A stretch of DNA of 64,000 nucleotides, from IMG/VR virus record IMGVR_UViG_3300028887_000087; one strand, 5' to 3'. The DNA is from a virus (Duplodnaviria; Heunggongvirae; Uroviricota; Caudoviricetes). The translations under genes were made by a program, and so were the position numbers. Positions within the stretch are counted from its first letter, which is position 1; the number at the start of each line of letters is the position of its first letter. The notes beneath the pieces are model-generated. The model was not told the DNA's origin. It saw only the letters and a program-made list of their open reading frames with translations, and did not search any database. Below, piece after piece: positions 19,143 to 29,312 of the stretch.

Positions 19143-19580
19143 ATGACAGTTAATTCAAGATTGCCTTATTACAAGGATGAGGCAAAGAAGATTTCAAACG
19201 ATGAATACGTTTCATCAAAAATTGTCAATTTAGCCCAGAGAGCTTTCTCTGATGGCGTTGTTTCAATAATTCAATCAAACGCAAAGAAGAGTGGGAGCAA
19301 GTCTGAAGCGATTGAAAATTTAAATCAAAACATTTCAGACTTCTACGTTGAAAAGAATTATGATACTTTGTATGAATACTTCTTATCTCTTATAGACAAC
19401 ATTACAAGAGACGGCAAACTAATTTTGAGTTATCAGGATGTTGCCAAAGAAGATTTCAAAAGTATCATAAAAGCCATTTATGATATGGGTTTAATAGCGG
19501 GTACACAAATTGCTCAGGACCCAAAGCAACTTTCAATCTTCTTTGAAAATAGGGAGAAAATTGAAAGTGGAACTTACTAA
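19143..19580 (+). CDS. hypothetical protein (145 aa)
   Basis: GGAGG RBS. Confidence 0.5.
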   Translation: MTVNSRLPYYKDEAKKISNDEYVSSKIVNLAQRAFSDGVVSIIQSNAKKSGSKSEAIENLNQNISDFYVEKNYDTLYEYFLSLIDNITRDGKLILSYQDVAKEDFKSIIKAIYDMGLIAGTQIAQDPKQLSIFFENREKIESGTY

Positions 19581-19845
19581 GGATTACTCTTTTACAAAAT
19601 ACTTTTATCAAGTATACGCTGAAAGAGTTGGCGTACCATTGAATGAGGACTCAAGAGCTTACATCTTAAGTGTTTTGAAAACAACAGAACCTCATACAAA
19701 GTATGACAACAAAGGACGGCATTCCGAGTATTTTACTTTAAGAGTTGAAGATAAATTGATTACGATTGTTTGTGATGCTGATACACATAAGATTATTACT
19801 TGTGTTATCGAGACACATCATCGTAAGGAGTTTGAAAACTTATGA
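19561..19845 (+). CDS. hypothetical protein (~94 aa; TTG 19561 or GTG 19567 start)
   Basis: ORF overlapping upstream stop; AGGGAG upstream. Confidence 0.4.
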   Translation: MKVELTKDYSFTKYFYQVYAERVGVPLNEDSRAYILSVLKTTEPHTKYDNKGRHSEYFTLRVEDKLITIVCDADTHKIITCVIETHHRKEFENL

Positions 19846-20084
19846 AATTAGTTTTTAAGGACGTTAAAGGCGACGAAGAAAGAATGCTTTTTATTATCAT
19901 CGTTGATGACGATGGTTTTGAAGTTGCAAAATATCCTATATATTTGACAAAAGAAGCTTCAGAAAAGTTGCCTGTCCTTCAGGAAACATTTACAAAAATC
20001 AAAGACATTTTCGAACTTGTTTATAATTCAGGAAAAAAGAAGGAAGACCTTGAATTTGTACTCGAAAGTGTTAATATAAATTAA
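19842..20084 (+). CDS. hypothetical protein (80 aa)
   Basis: ATGA coupling; AAGGAG RBS. Confidence 0.45.
   Translation: MKLVFKDVKGDEERMLFIIIVDDDGFEVAKYPIYLTKEASEKLPVLQETFTKIKDIFELVYNSGKKKEDLEFVLESVNIN
20070..20077 (+). promoter_or_regulatory. class-2 TTAATAT box adjacent to class-1 motif
   Basis: gttaatataaattaaacttg. Confidence 0.3.
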
Positions 20085-20115
20085 ACTTGTCGGAATTTCC
20101 TTTTATATTATTATT
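20081..20115 (+). promoter_or_regulatory. class-1 phage promoter-like bipartite motif
   Basis: ttaaacttg-N12-ttttatattattattgg. Confidence 0.45.
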
Positions 20116-20155
20116 GGGTAAATGGGAGGAAATCAGAAGACACGGAGGCAGCAAA

Positions 20156-20386
20156 ATGACGGGTACTTGGTTCAAAAGAACAAATGTCAAAGACGTCCTT
20201 AATGCTGTTGAGGACATCCTAACAAAAGAGTTCGTTTACGAAGTCAAGATTGAAAAACTTGGTAGCGGAGACGAAGTTATTTACAAACTTAAAGCGTATG
20301 TTTGTGAGGATGATGTTCGAAAGCTCAATGAGTTCCTTTACGAAAAGGGTTGGGCTAACGACCTAGAAACTTTATCTAAAAGATGA
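20156..20386 (+). CDS. hypothetical protein (~76 aa; TTG alt 20087)
   Basis: ATG 20156 after GGAGG RBS. Confidence 0.45.
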   Translation: MTGTWFKRTNVKDVLNAVEDILTKEFVYEVKIEKLGSGDEVIYKLKAYVCEDDVRKLNEFLYEKGWANDLETLSKR

Positions 20387-21126
20387 ACACAAAAACAATA
20401 AAAATTGAAAAAGAAAAAGACATTAAGAAATGTCGCAAAATCGATGACGTCCTTTATGTAGCAGAAATGATGAGCTACGATGGGAATATTATGCCTAAGA
20501 GTTTTGAAGGTTCGATTGGCTTATCTTGTGTGATATGTGGCGAACAAACAAAAATCATTGGTGAAAGAGCTTTTGCGAATTGCAAAAATTTAATTCGTTT
20601 TGATGGGTTTCCTGAAATTATTGCAAAGGAAGCTTTTTCTTTTTGTTCACGATTAAAGAACTTCAATTTTTCAAATGTTGCAAACTTATCAGAAAGTTCA
20701 TTTGCTTATTCAGGCCTTGAAACAATCGACATCCCAAGTAATATCAAAAACATCCCAAGTAATTGTTTCGCAGGCTGTCTTAATCTGAAATCAATCAACT
20801 TAAATGAAGTTGAACAAATTGAAGATGAAGCTTTTCAAACTTCAAGCTTAAGATATATCAAAATACAAAATCCGTTGGAACAGATTGGCAAAAAAGCTTT
20901 TGAAGGCAGTATGGTTTTGACTGACATTTTTGTTGAAAGAATCTTGCCGCCAAAAATCTTTTCTTCAACTTTCTACGGTTGTCCTATCCGCAATATTTAT
21001 TTTTATTCTGATGTTCAAGTTGACTTCTTTATAAGAGATAAGAATTGGTCTAAGTATCAAGATTACTTCAAAGTCATTTCGCCTAAAGATGCCAAAGTAC
21101 TTATCAATAACTTAAGGAGCCTTTAA
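20383..21126 (+). CDS. BspA-type leucine-rich repeat (LRR_5-like) protein
   Basis: Repeats FANCKNL / FSFCSRL / FAGCLNL / AFEGS every ~22-25 aa. Confidence 0.6.
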   Translation: MNTKTIKIEKEKDIKKCRKIDDVLYVAEMMSYDGNIMPKSFEGSIGLSCVICGEQTKIIGERAFANCKNLIRFDGFPEIIAKEAFSFCSRLKNFNFSNVANLSESSFAYSGLETIDIPSNIKNIPSNCFAGCLNLKSINLNEVEQIEDEAFQTSSLRYIKIQNPLEQIGKKAFEGSMVLTDIFVERILPPKIFSSTFYGCPIRNIYFYSDVQVDFFIRDKNWSKYQDYFKVISPKDAKVLINNLRSL

Positions 21127-21208
21127 TGATACACATCGACAACTATAAGTTATTTAAATTTATAAAAATAATATTCCCAATCAAAATCGTTTGCACTGTT
21201 CTTCTGTT

Positions 21209-21216
21209 GTTAATAT
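21209..21216 (+). promoter_or_regulatory. class-2 TGTTAATAT extended -10-like box, 8 nt before ATG 21225 (leaderless candidate)
   Basis: tgttgttaatattttaaaatATG; no SD. Confidence 0.4.
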
Positions 21217-21224
21217 TTTAAAAT

Positions 21225-22856
21225 ATGATAGACTACAAAAAATATTTCCCGTATGATAATATTCGTCCTGAGCAGGAAAGAGTGTTGTCTGAAATTGTAA
21301 AGAACTGGGATAACAAGAAGTATTTTATTTTGCAATGCGATGTTGGTACAGGTAAGTCGGGTATTGCAAAAACAGCCGCAAATTGGTGTGAGAACTCTTT
21401 TATCATTACAGAAACAAAACAACTTCAGCAGCAGTATGTTGATGACTTTGCTCACGAAAGAAATATGGTTTCTATCAAAGGTAAAGCAAATTACCCTTGT
21501 GATAGAAATGGTCGCCTCAACTGTGAAAATGGTCCTTGTACATTAAGAAAAGCAAGTGCAGAGCCGCCTAAGTGTATGTTCACTTGTAAGTATTATTCTC
21601 TTCGAAAGAAAGCTCTTGCATCTCAAATTGTACTTACATCTTATGCATATATTTTCCGCGCCTTCGATTGCAGTAATTTATGGAAGCCAAGAAAGTTGAT
21701 GGTTTTTGATGAGTGCCATCTTATCGAAGACCAACTTATCAATTTTGCTTCTTTTACAATTGACCCAGAACATCTTGATAAAATGTACGGCTTGTTTGAC
21801 AATCTTCCCGATAGAGATATGCACATTCAGCGTTTCACTGAAGATGGTTGGACAGAAAGTAATAAAGCAAGATTTGCTGTGACTTACGCTGCAGTTGTAA
21901 ACAAAAGAAATGAATTATTTGATATGATGAAAGAGGAACTTGGAGAAGACAACCCTGAGGACCTTGACGAAGATACTCTTGACATCTTATCAAAAACACA
22001 TAAGCTTTATTACGATATTGATAAACTTTACAAAAAGATGGAAGTATTCAACTTTCAGAAGAAAGATGATTGGATTGTTGCTTGCGATACTGAAGGACAT
22101 TTGACATTCACTCCATTAAATGTAAATTCTTTGTTCCATAAGTTCTGTAATAACTGGGCTGAAAAGTTTATCTTTATGTCTGCAACAATTCTTGACACTG
22201 ATGGCTTTATAAAAGAATTAGGTATTGACCCTAATCAGTGTCTTGTCGTAAAAGTTGAATCTTCTTTTGACCCAAGTAAGTCTCCTATTTATTTTATGCC
22301 TTGCGGAAGTATGAGTTATCAAAACATTGAAGAGTCTCTTCCTAAAGCTTGTCAGGCAATCGACTTTATTATGCAAAAGAAGCCAAACGATAAAGGCATT
22401 ATTCATACAGGCAATTATAAAGTTGCTGATAAAATATGGAATAGCATTCTCATACATAAACACAATCACGACCGCTTCTTAATAAAAGCAAGTGAAGATG
22501 TGACAAATCAAAACTTGTTGAAGATACACGAAAGATCACAGAACACTGTTCTCCTTTCGCCTTCAATGACAACGGGTGTTGATTTGAAAGATGACTTATC
22601 AAGATTCCAAATTGTTGTCAAAATGCCATTCTCTTCACTTGGTGACCCAAGAACAAAAAAGAAGTCTGAAATCAATTCTGATTGGTATACCTGTCAGATG
22701 TTGAAGAATTTGGTTCAAGCTTGTGGACGTTCAACTCGTTCAGCGGAAGACCATTCTGCAACTTTCATACTTGACTCTTCATTCCGTTATTGGGTAACGA
22801 AATATGAAAAGTGGCTTCCTAAGCAATTCTTACAAAGGATAAAAGGGTTCGACTAA
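21225..22856 (+). CDS. XPD/DinG/Rad3-family Fe-S ATP-dependent DNA helicase
   Basis: Walker A DVGTGKSG; 4-Cys cluster CDRNGRLNCENGPC...C; DECH box VFDECH; motif VI QACGRSTRS. Confidence 0.8.
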   Translation: MIDYKKYFPYDNIRPEQERVLSEIVKNWDNKKYFILQCDVGTGKSGIAKTAANWCENSFIITETKQLQQQYVDDFAHERNMVSIKGKANYPCDRNGRLNCENGPCTLRKASAEPPKCMFTCKYYSLRKKALASQIVLTSYAYIFRAFDCSNLWKPRKLMVFDECHLIEDQLINFASFTIDPEHLDKMYGLFDNLPDRDMHIQRFTEDGWTESNKARFAVTYAAVVNKRNELFDMMKEELGEDNPEDLDEDTLDILSKTHKLYYDIDKLYKKMEVFNFQKKDDWIVACDTEGHLTFTPLNVNSLFHKFCNNWAEKFIFMSATILDTDGFIKELGIDPNQCLVVKVESSFDPSKSPIYFMPCGSMSYQNIEESLPKACQAIDFIMQKKPNDKGIIHTGNYKVADKIWNSILIHKHNHDRFLIKASEDVTNQNLLKIHERSQNTVLLSPSMTTGVDLKDDLSRFQIVVKMPFSSLGDPRTKKKSEINSDWYTCQMLKNLVQACGRSTRSAEDHSATFILDSSFRYWVTKYEKWLPKQFLQRIKGFD

Positions 22857-22867
22857 ACTAAATTTAT

Positions 22868-23815
22868 ATGTTTAAGTTTAGTGACAACTCTTACATTGAA
22901 GGTCAGCTCGACCTATGTCAAACATTAAACAATAAATATGCCTCAATGGACGATTGTTTCTTCGAGCCTCAAGGCTATGATCTTGAGCGCTATGAAGAAA
23001 ATAGCGCTTTAGGAATTAAAAGAATTGTATTTGAGGCAGGAAAGAATTACGATTATCATAGTGACCGCGACACTGTACTTGCATATTGGAGAGCACGCGG
23101 TCGCCCTAAAGGCAACAATGCCGTACTTCACAAGTTTGAATATACAAACAAAACAAACCAAACCGCACAAGTTTTCGTTACTTATTATGACCACTTTCAA
23201 AATAATGAATTAAGCTATTACGATTGGAACGGAAACTATTGTCCTTATTTTTTTACAAGTTATTCAAGCGGCAGCAGTAGCAGTAGCGGTTCTTATGAGT
23301 ACGACTTCAGTGGTGATGGTGATATTGACGCAAGAATTCATTGCAAAAGAAATTATCGGTACGTAGAAGTAGCTTATTCTTGGACAACAGGTTGGTGGTT
23401 CTGGGAAGAGACACACTGGGGCACAAGAATGGAATGGAGATGGGAAGATGATTACACAACAGACTGCTCTGATAATAACCGTATAACATTTAAGTATTGT
23501 GATTTACCTCCTGGGCAAAATGTTGAAATTTATTTGAGTGGTGAAGATGGCAATTCGATACCTGACCCAGAATGTTATTTGAAAGTTGAAGTTATTTTTG
23601 ATGGCGATCTTCCTGAGGCCTCAGAAAAACCTGCTAATGAGCCAGCTACTGACCCATTCACAAAAGAAAGCTTAAATGGTTGTATAAATAATCTTAATCT
23701 TAAATGGGTTGAAGATAAGACATCTGACTCAAGTATCAATAATATGAACTTTGGTTGGGTTGATGATAAAGTTGATAATGAAGCAACAATTATGAATATG
23801 CATTGGAGAATTTAA
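22868..23815 (+). CDS. hypothetical protein with Trp-rich motif (WTTGWWFWEETHWGTRMEWRWEDD), likely structural
   Basis: ORF; Trp-rich motif resembling giant protein segment. Confidence 0.5.
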   Translation: MFKFSDNSYIEGQLDLCQTLNNKYASMDDCFFEPQGYDLERYEENSALGIKRIVFEAGKNYDYHSDRDTVLAYWRARGRPKGNNAVLHKFEYTNKTNQTAQVFVTYYDHFQNNELSYYDWNGNYCPYFFTSYSSGSSSSSGSYEYDFSGDGDIDARIHCKRNYRYVEVAYSWTTGWWFWEETHWGTRMEWRWEDDYTTDCSDNNRITFKYCDLPPGQNVEIYLSGEDGNSIPDPECYLKVEVIFDGDLPEASEKPANEPATDPFTKESLNGCINNLNLKWVEDKTSDSSINNMNFGWVDDKVDNEATIMNMHWRI

Positions 23816-26619
23816 TGGCTGAGTGTACTATTGTTTATCACGGAAGAGGCATATATAAATTAAACTCAGGTACTATCGTTAGCTTGTATGGCGGTGAGGC
23901 TACTTATAGCTTTAATGTAAGTGACAGCGTTAACATCAGCGATATAGGTACTTATATCAGAAGACTTTCTCCTCTTGATATATTTTACGATGCAGACCCT
24001 TCAATGCCTATGCCTATTTGGGTTAAAGATAACAGTGTTTCAAAAAGTAAATTAAGAAGCTATAATGGGCCTCTTGACTTATACATTGACCATTGTGAAG
24101 ATGGATTTTATAAAGGCGATAATAAAATTCGTTATGTGACAGTAAAGTCAGGTGAAAATGAAAATGCTGTTGAAATGTTTGCAAATTGTAGCAACTTAAA
24201 AGGTGCAAGAATTGAAACAGTAAATGTCTCAGACGCTTCTTCAATGTTTGCAAACTGCGAATCTTTAGAGGACATATCGGGTTTTCAAAGACTTGTAAAT
24301 ACAACAGCTGATTATATTTTCAGTAAAGATAAAAAACTTGCAAAGACTTTAGGTAAGAAAGGCGTTAAAGATACAATCGACGTTTTAGGACACGGACCTG
24401 AATGGTACGACGGCTTAAACAGAACATACTTCTGGGATTGCCCTTATAATGGAACTTTACCTGAATGGCTTGCAAATCAAGCACAAAGCGGCGCTGATTA
24501 TGATTGGCAAAAAAGTCAAGATAATTTCAATCCAAACATTCTTATCTTAAAAGCTATCAATAGTGTACCGTTGAAGAATAGGCTTGATACGCTTAATGAA
24601 ACAAGCACACCTAACCCAGATATAAAATCAGAAATTGACTTTATTGATGACTCAGAAGATAACTTACTTAATCTCCATTTTGATAACACCAATTATAGTG
24701 TGTCTTTTGATACTGAACTGCCTATCAACGGAACTGACCCTTCAAACTGGGTTCGTCAGGACCCTCATATAAGTATGACTGATAATTATGAGGACAAAGT
24801 AAAAGGCATTCAAAATCTTTTATACAACCTTAAAGATATATGGGACTATGGCGCTTTTGAAAATACAAAAGATCCAACACTTGAACTCAATACATCAGTT
24901 GTTCTTAATATGGAACATAATGGTCCAAAGCTTAATGATGTAATATCTCCTATATGGGACCCTGATGATAATTTCAGATTACATCTTAAAGAACTTGATA
25001 TTTCAAATACTATTAAAGAAACTAAAACAATTCAAGAGCATTACTGGGATGGACCTCATACATATAATGATAAAAGAATAAACAATAATAATTGGATTAA
25101 CGCCAATTTATTTATACCTGAAGGCGCTGAAAATACAGAAAGATGGTACAACTGGGTTATAATTGATACTATCACACATCTTGAAGGCAATTATGAAGAA
25201 CTTCGGGGATGGTGGATTGCAACAAAACGGATTCAGACAAAACACGAACCTGTATATGAATATCGTATTACGAATACGCAATATAACACAGGGTCTTACT
25301 TTTGGGTAAAAGATATTGATGAATGGAAAGAAGTCCCATATTTTGTAAGAAGAACTTATAATAATCAAGGACAAGAAATAGGCAACCCACAGCAGTATGA
25401 ATGGCCTTATCAAAAAGTTACTTGGACTCCTACAGGCGCGCCCAACAATAGCGCTTGGTATATCAGAGGAAGTGAAAGAACAGTCAACTATCGTAATTAT
25501 GTTGAAGCTTGGCCTCGCCCATATTATATTGACAAAACGCGTCCTCTTAATATTCAAGTACCTAAGAAAGTTAGATTACAAGACTCTGATTGTCCTGCTC
25601 AAGACATAAGCGGCATTTTCAAAGATGTACCTTATATTAAGACAATTGATTTCTCTATCAATAAAATAACAAAAGCTGATGAACTCTTTATGAATTGTAA
25701 AAATATTGAGTCAGCAATCGGTTCAATAGCAAATCAAGGACGTATTAAAGTTGAAAGTGCAAAACATATTTTTGATGGTGCTTTTATTACAGACCCACAT
25801 ATAGACTTTGTTGTTGATACACTTGATGCTGAAAGTGCTTTTGAAAACTCAGGTGTTGTTGACCCAACATTCTTTACAAGCTGGTCTTCAGTATTGAACG
25901 GTAATAAATTATTTAAGAACTCAAAAGTTGGAAGTCTTAGAAATGCAGTATTCCCAGAAGGAATACAAACAATTGCAGAAGCTTTTGCTGATTGTGAAAA
26001 CCTTGTTGATGTTGAAGGTAATTGGCTGCAGCCTAACTCAAGTATGCATTACCAAAACTATACATATCACTTGGACACAAACTCTTGGACAAAAGACTGG
26101 GTAAATCCTACAAGTAAAGATGGGTACTTCTATTTCCCAGATAGTGTTCAAGATATTCACAGTCTTTTCAAAGATAGCGGACTTCAATCAGTAAAAGAAT
26201 TAGCTTTGTTGCGTTTTGGTAATAACGATAATGTATTTGATGGCTGTCATAATCTTACTGAAATTGAAAATCTTTACTTAAATGAAAATCCTAATTATGG
26301 CAACATCTTCTATGATACACCTAATCAAAATAAAGATTGGAGAATTTGGTTCCCAACAAACATTAAAAGTTCTTACGCAAATGCAGCCGATATTGGTCTC
26401 GACCCTTATAAAGTCCCTAATCTTTATTGTGATGATGGCTTTATTGTTGTTGATAATGAATCACCCGATTCACAGGTTTATAGACGAGTTGCTTATGAGG
26501 CTGTTCTTAATCCTGAAAGAAAGTTTAAGTTTAATTACTTTTCTCATATACATCCTCATACAATTGACAACAATCGTTTCTATCACGAGATACACGATGT
26601 GGACGTTTGGTATAAATAA
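23815..26619 (+). CDS. large putative structural protein (934 aa) containing BspA-type LRR repeats
   Basis: GGAGAA RBS, TAATG coupling; FANCSNL / FANCESL / FMNCKNI / FADCENL repeats. Confidence 0.55.
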   Translation: MAECTIVYHGRGIYKLNSGTIVSLYGGEATYSFNVSDSVNISDIGTYIRRLSPLDIFYDADPSMPMPIWVKDNSVSKSKLRSYNGPLDLYIDHCEDGFYKGDNKIRYVTVKSGENENAVEMFANCSNLKGARIETVNVSDASSMFANCESLEDISGFQRLVNTTADYIFSKDKKLAKTLGKKGVKDTIDVLGHGPEWYDGLNRTYFWDCPYNGTLPEWLANQAQSGADYDWQKSQDNFNPNILILKAINSVPLKNRLDTLNETSTPNPDIKSEIDFIDDSEDNLLNLHFDNTNYSVSFDTELPINGTDPSNWVRQDPHISMTDNYEDKVKGIQNLLYNLKDIWDYGAFENTKDPTLELNTSVVLNMEHNGPKLNDVISPIWDPDDNFRLHLKELDISNTIKETKTIQEHYWDGPHTYNDKRINNNNWINANLFIPEGAENTERWYNWVIIDTITHLEGNYEELRGWWIATKRIQTKHEPVYEYRITNTQYNTGSYFWVKDIDEWKEVPYFVRRTYNNQGQEIGNPQQYEWPYQKVTWTPTGAPNNSAWYIRGSERTVNYRNYVEAWPRPYYIDKTRPLNIQVPKKVRLQDSDCPAQDISGIFKDVPYIKTIDFSINKITKADELFMNCKNIESAIGSIANQGRIKVESAKHIFDGAFITDPHIDFVVDTLDAESAFENSGVVDPTFFTSWSSVLNGNKLFKNSKVGSLRNAVFPEGIQTIAEAFADCENLVDVEGNWLQPNSSMHYQNYTYHLDTNSWTKDWVNPTSKDGYFYFPDSVQDIHSLFKDSGLQSVKELALLRFGNNDNVFDGCHNLTEIENLYLNENPNYGNIFYDTPNQNKDWRIWFPTNIKSSYANAADIGLDPYKVPNLYCDDGFIVVDNESPDSQVYRRVAYEAVLNPERKFKFNYFSHIHPHTIDNNRFYHEIHDVDVWYK

Positions 26620-26681
26620 ATACTAACTAATTATTATAACTTCGTGGGAGCAATATATGCTTCATTATATGGGAGAACAGA

Positions 26682-28754
26682 ATGAGTGAAAGATTTATTG
26701 AGGTAAACGGCCATAAGCTTTATCACATTCGTGAAAGTGCTTTGCGTTTATCAAACAATGATTACAAGCTTCTTAATGAAAATGAAATCCCAACAGAGTT
26801 AAAAGAATCGAGAGCATATAAAGCAAATGTAGGCAAACGCTTTACAGAGTCTGAAACTACAGGTGCTTTGAAAGCTGCTATCAAACTTCGTGAAGGTACA
26901 ACAAATCTTCAGGAAAGAGCAGTTTTCGATAATGTTATCAAGAAACTCCGTGAGGAAGGCATTTCTTCAGAAAGAAAGCTTTGGAAATTTCCAGTATCAA
27001 GATTCGGTAATGTAAACGGCAACGGTCGTATTTATACTGAACAGTTGTGGCGTAATGTTATCAACAATCAAAGAGATACTTGGCAAGGTGGTTGTGGTCT
27101 TGCAGATCACCCAATGGACGACGCTGACCCAGGACAGTTCAAGACATCAGCTATTGTTTGGCTTGATATGATTATTGATACTGCCAACAAACTTATCTGG
27201 GCTATCGGTACATTCGTTGGCGAATATGGTCGTCTTGCTCAGGAAATCATTGAAGCAGGTGGACGTGTAGGTTTCAGTTCATCAGGATTTGGCGAAACAC
27301 TTTCTGATGGTAAAACTGTTGACCCAGATACATATATCATTGAAAGAGTGGCAGACATCGTAACAAATCCGTCACAGTCAGTTTTCGGTGACATTTCTTC
27401 AGAGCAGTCATATAACCCTGGGAATGTTGAATATTCAAAGCAAACTAGGGAGTCTGTTGAAGTCTCACCTAAATCAAAGATTATAGAAGGAAAGGAAAAA
27501 CATATGAAAGTAGATGCAGTAAATATGGACGAAGGCAAGACAGCTGCTCCTGAGACAAAACTCGAGGAAGGCAAAGTTGCTAATGTAGGACCTGCTACAC
27601 TCTCAAAGCTTGAAAGAAAAGTAATTGAGAAGCAGGTTGAGTCGATGTTGAATGAAGCTGACAACTCAGCTAACCCAATGGAAAAGCTCACAGAAGTAAA
27701 CGAGCTTCTCAAACTTGTTAAAGAGTCTAACGACGAAGAACTTATCAACAAAGTTCAGGAAAAACTTGAAAAGACTCACGCCGAACTTACAGCACTTGTT
27801 GAGTCAGCTGCTGCTGCAACAAAAGAGTTTGGTGACCTCAACGAAATGGTTGAAAACACAAAGAAGAATCTTCAGATTGGTGTTCTTCTTAACGAACAGG
27901 TTGCTGATTATAAGGAACTCTGCGAAGGCTTGACAACTCGCAACCGCGAACTTGCAAAGCAGAATGCAATCCTTGAGTCTAAACTTGCACTCAAAGAAAA
28001 CCACATTGCAAAAACTGAAGAAACAGTTAAAAATGAAAAGATGGCTGAGGAAAAGACTGTTGCTGATTTGAAAGCAAAACTTGAAGAATCAGAGTCAAAA
28101 CTTGCTGAAGCTGAAATGAAAGTTGCTTCTCTTACAAAAGGCAACAAAAAGATGGAATCTGATAACGGCGTATTGAGAACTCGTCTCAACCACGTTATGA
28201 GCAACCTCAAGATTGCTAACGAAAATATTGAAAAGCTCACAAAAGAAAACACAACACTTCTCGAAAGCAAGAACACATATCGTCAGAAGGTTATCCGCTT
28301 ACAGACAACTATCAAAGAAAACGAAGCAACACTTGCTGCTGAAAGACAGAAGTTTGAAGAGTATAAACAGATGAACAAGCCAAAGCTTGACTTTGAGCCT
28401 GCACAGGTTGAAGCTGTTTCAAAATATCTCAACATCCGCGAGAGCAAAGGCCTTGCAGTTGAAAATTATTGGAATGACCTCGTATCACAGTACGGCGAAG
28501 CAGTTAAGCCATTCGAGCGCCAGATTCGTGGTGCAAAAACATACCGCGAAGCATTCGATGCATTTATGAAATATTTGCCAAGAATTGACGAATCTGCAGG
28601 ACAGGCTGAAGCAGCTGCTTGGGATGAAGGTGTTGGTACATACCGCGAGAGACAGCAGAATCTCGAAGATGCAGGTATGGAAAAGATGACTGAGGACATC
28701 GATGAAATCAACGCAATCGAGCTCGAAAATATGAGAAAAATGGGATTGATGTAA
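26682..28754 (+). CDS. 690-aa protein: N-terminal globular domain + long E/K/A-rich coiled coil; possible prohead protease/scaffold-like
   Basis: GGGAG RBS; ~300 aa heptad-like EKLxxE repeats; function inferred only from architecture. Confidence 0.55.
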   Translation: MSERFIEVNGHKLYHIRESALRLSNNDYKLLNENEIPTELKESRAYKANVGKRFTESETTGALKAAIKLREGTTNLQERAVFDNVIKKLREEGISSERKLWKFPVSRFGNVNGNGRIYTEQLWRNVINNQRDTWQGGCGLADHPMDDADPGQFKTSAIVWLDMIIDTANKLIWAIGTFVGEYGRLAQEIIEAGGRVGFSSSGFGETLSDGKTVDPDTYIIERVADIVTNPSQSVFGDISSEQSYNPGNVEYSKQTRESVEVSPKSKIIEGKEKHMKVDAVNMDEGKTAAPETKLEEGKVANVGPATLSKLERKVIEKQVESMLNEADNSANPMEKLTEVNELLKLVKESNDEELINKVQEKLEKTHAELTALVESAAAATKEFGDLNEMVENTKKNLQIGVLLNEQVADYKELCEGLTTRNRELAKQNAILESKLALKENHIAKTEETVKNEKMAEEKTVADLKAKLEESESKLAEAEMKVASLTKGNKKMESDNGVLRTRLNHVMSNLKIANENIEKLTKENTTLLESKNTYRQKVIRLQTTIKENEATLAAERQKFEEYKQMNKPKLDFEPAQVEAVSKYLNIRESKGLAVENYWNDLVSQYGEAVKPFERQIRGAKTYREAFDAFMKYLPRIDESAGQAEAAAWDEGVGTYRERQQNLEDAGMEKMTEDIDEINAIELENMRKMGLM

Positions 28755-28774
28755 TCAAACCTTAAATAACCGAA

Positions 28775-28810
28775 AGGACAAATTCGCAAGGATTTGTCCT
28801 TTTTTATTTT
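28775..28810 (+). terminator. Rho-independent terminator (AGGACAAAT-loop-ATTTGTCCT + T5)
   Basis: Perfect 9-bp stem, 8-nt loop, TTTTT tail. Confidence 0.75.
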
Positions 28811-28868
28811 AAATAAATTTACCTTCATATTCTTTTTTTATTCCCTCCATTATAGTTCAAAAATTATA

Positions 28869-28885
28869 TTGACACTTTCTGTCAA
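28869..28885 (+). promoter_or_regulatory. inverted repeat TTGACA-N5-TGTCAA (possible -35/operator)
   Basis: ttgacactttctgtcaa between terminator and class-1 motif. Confidence 0.3.
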
Positions 28886-28897
28886 AATGTCAGGATA

Positions 28898-28940
28898 AAT
28901 TAAACTTTACAGTCGACTTCTTTATATTATATTTGACGTA
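28898..28940 (+). promoter_or_regulatory. class-1 phage promoter-like bipartite motif
   Basis: aattaaacttt-N12-tttatattatatttgacgtaAGGAGGatgttATG. Confidence 0.55.
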
Positions 28941-28951
28941 AGGAGGATGTT

Positions 28952-29266
28952 ATGATTTACGTTGCAGAAGTTAAAACAGCAGCAGGTGTTTATTTCAGAT
29001 TTTACGAAACAACAAAATTGACGAAAAGAACAGAAACAGTTCAGGCAGTCGGTGTAAAGCCTTATAGTAAAATTTCCTCAACAGAGTTTGAAGTTCAGCC
29101 CGATTTGAATAATCACTACGGACCTGAGTTCCGTGTTCAGAAAAACGGTGCAGGACTTTATATTGAAGGCAACGGCAAAAAAGGTCTTCAGAGAACTTAT
29201 CTGACTGAAGGCTACAACGCAAACAAAAAATATATAAATATTTTCGACAAATCTAAACTTCAGTAA
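28952..29266 (+). CDS. hypothetical protein (104 aa)
   Basis: AGGAGG RBS, class-1 motif upstream. Confidence 0.55.
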   Translation: MIYVAEVKTAAGVYFRFYETTKLTKRTETVQAVGVKPYSKISSTEFEVQPDLNNHYGPEFRVQKNGAGLYIEGNGKKGLQRTYLTEGYNANKKYINIFDKSKLQ

Positions 29267-29292
29267 GTTGATCTTTATATTATTATTGTCAG
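29253..29292 (+). promoter_or_regulatory. class-1 phage promoter-like bipartite motif
   Basis: ctaaacttc-N12-tttatattattattgtcag then AAAGGAGGA. Confidence 0.5.
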
Positions 29293-29312
29293 TTCAATTA
29301 AAGGAGGACGTT

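Noticed and set aside
27239-28276. Long antisense ORFs (170 aa, 122 aa) opposite the coiled-coil gene
   Set aside because: They are Ser/Leu-rich mirror images of the E/K/A-rich coiled-coil coding strand, have no RBS or promoter, and overlap a well-supported + strand CDS.
26682-28754. 690-aa coiled-coil protein as tape-measure protein
   Set aside because: The protein has a globular N-domain plus an E/K-rich coiled coil and lacks the hydrophobic or glycine-rich segments usual for a tape-measure protein. A scaffold- or protease-like role is as likely. The call is kept generic.
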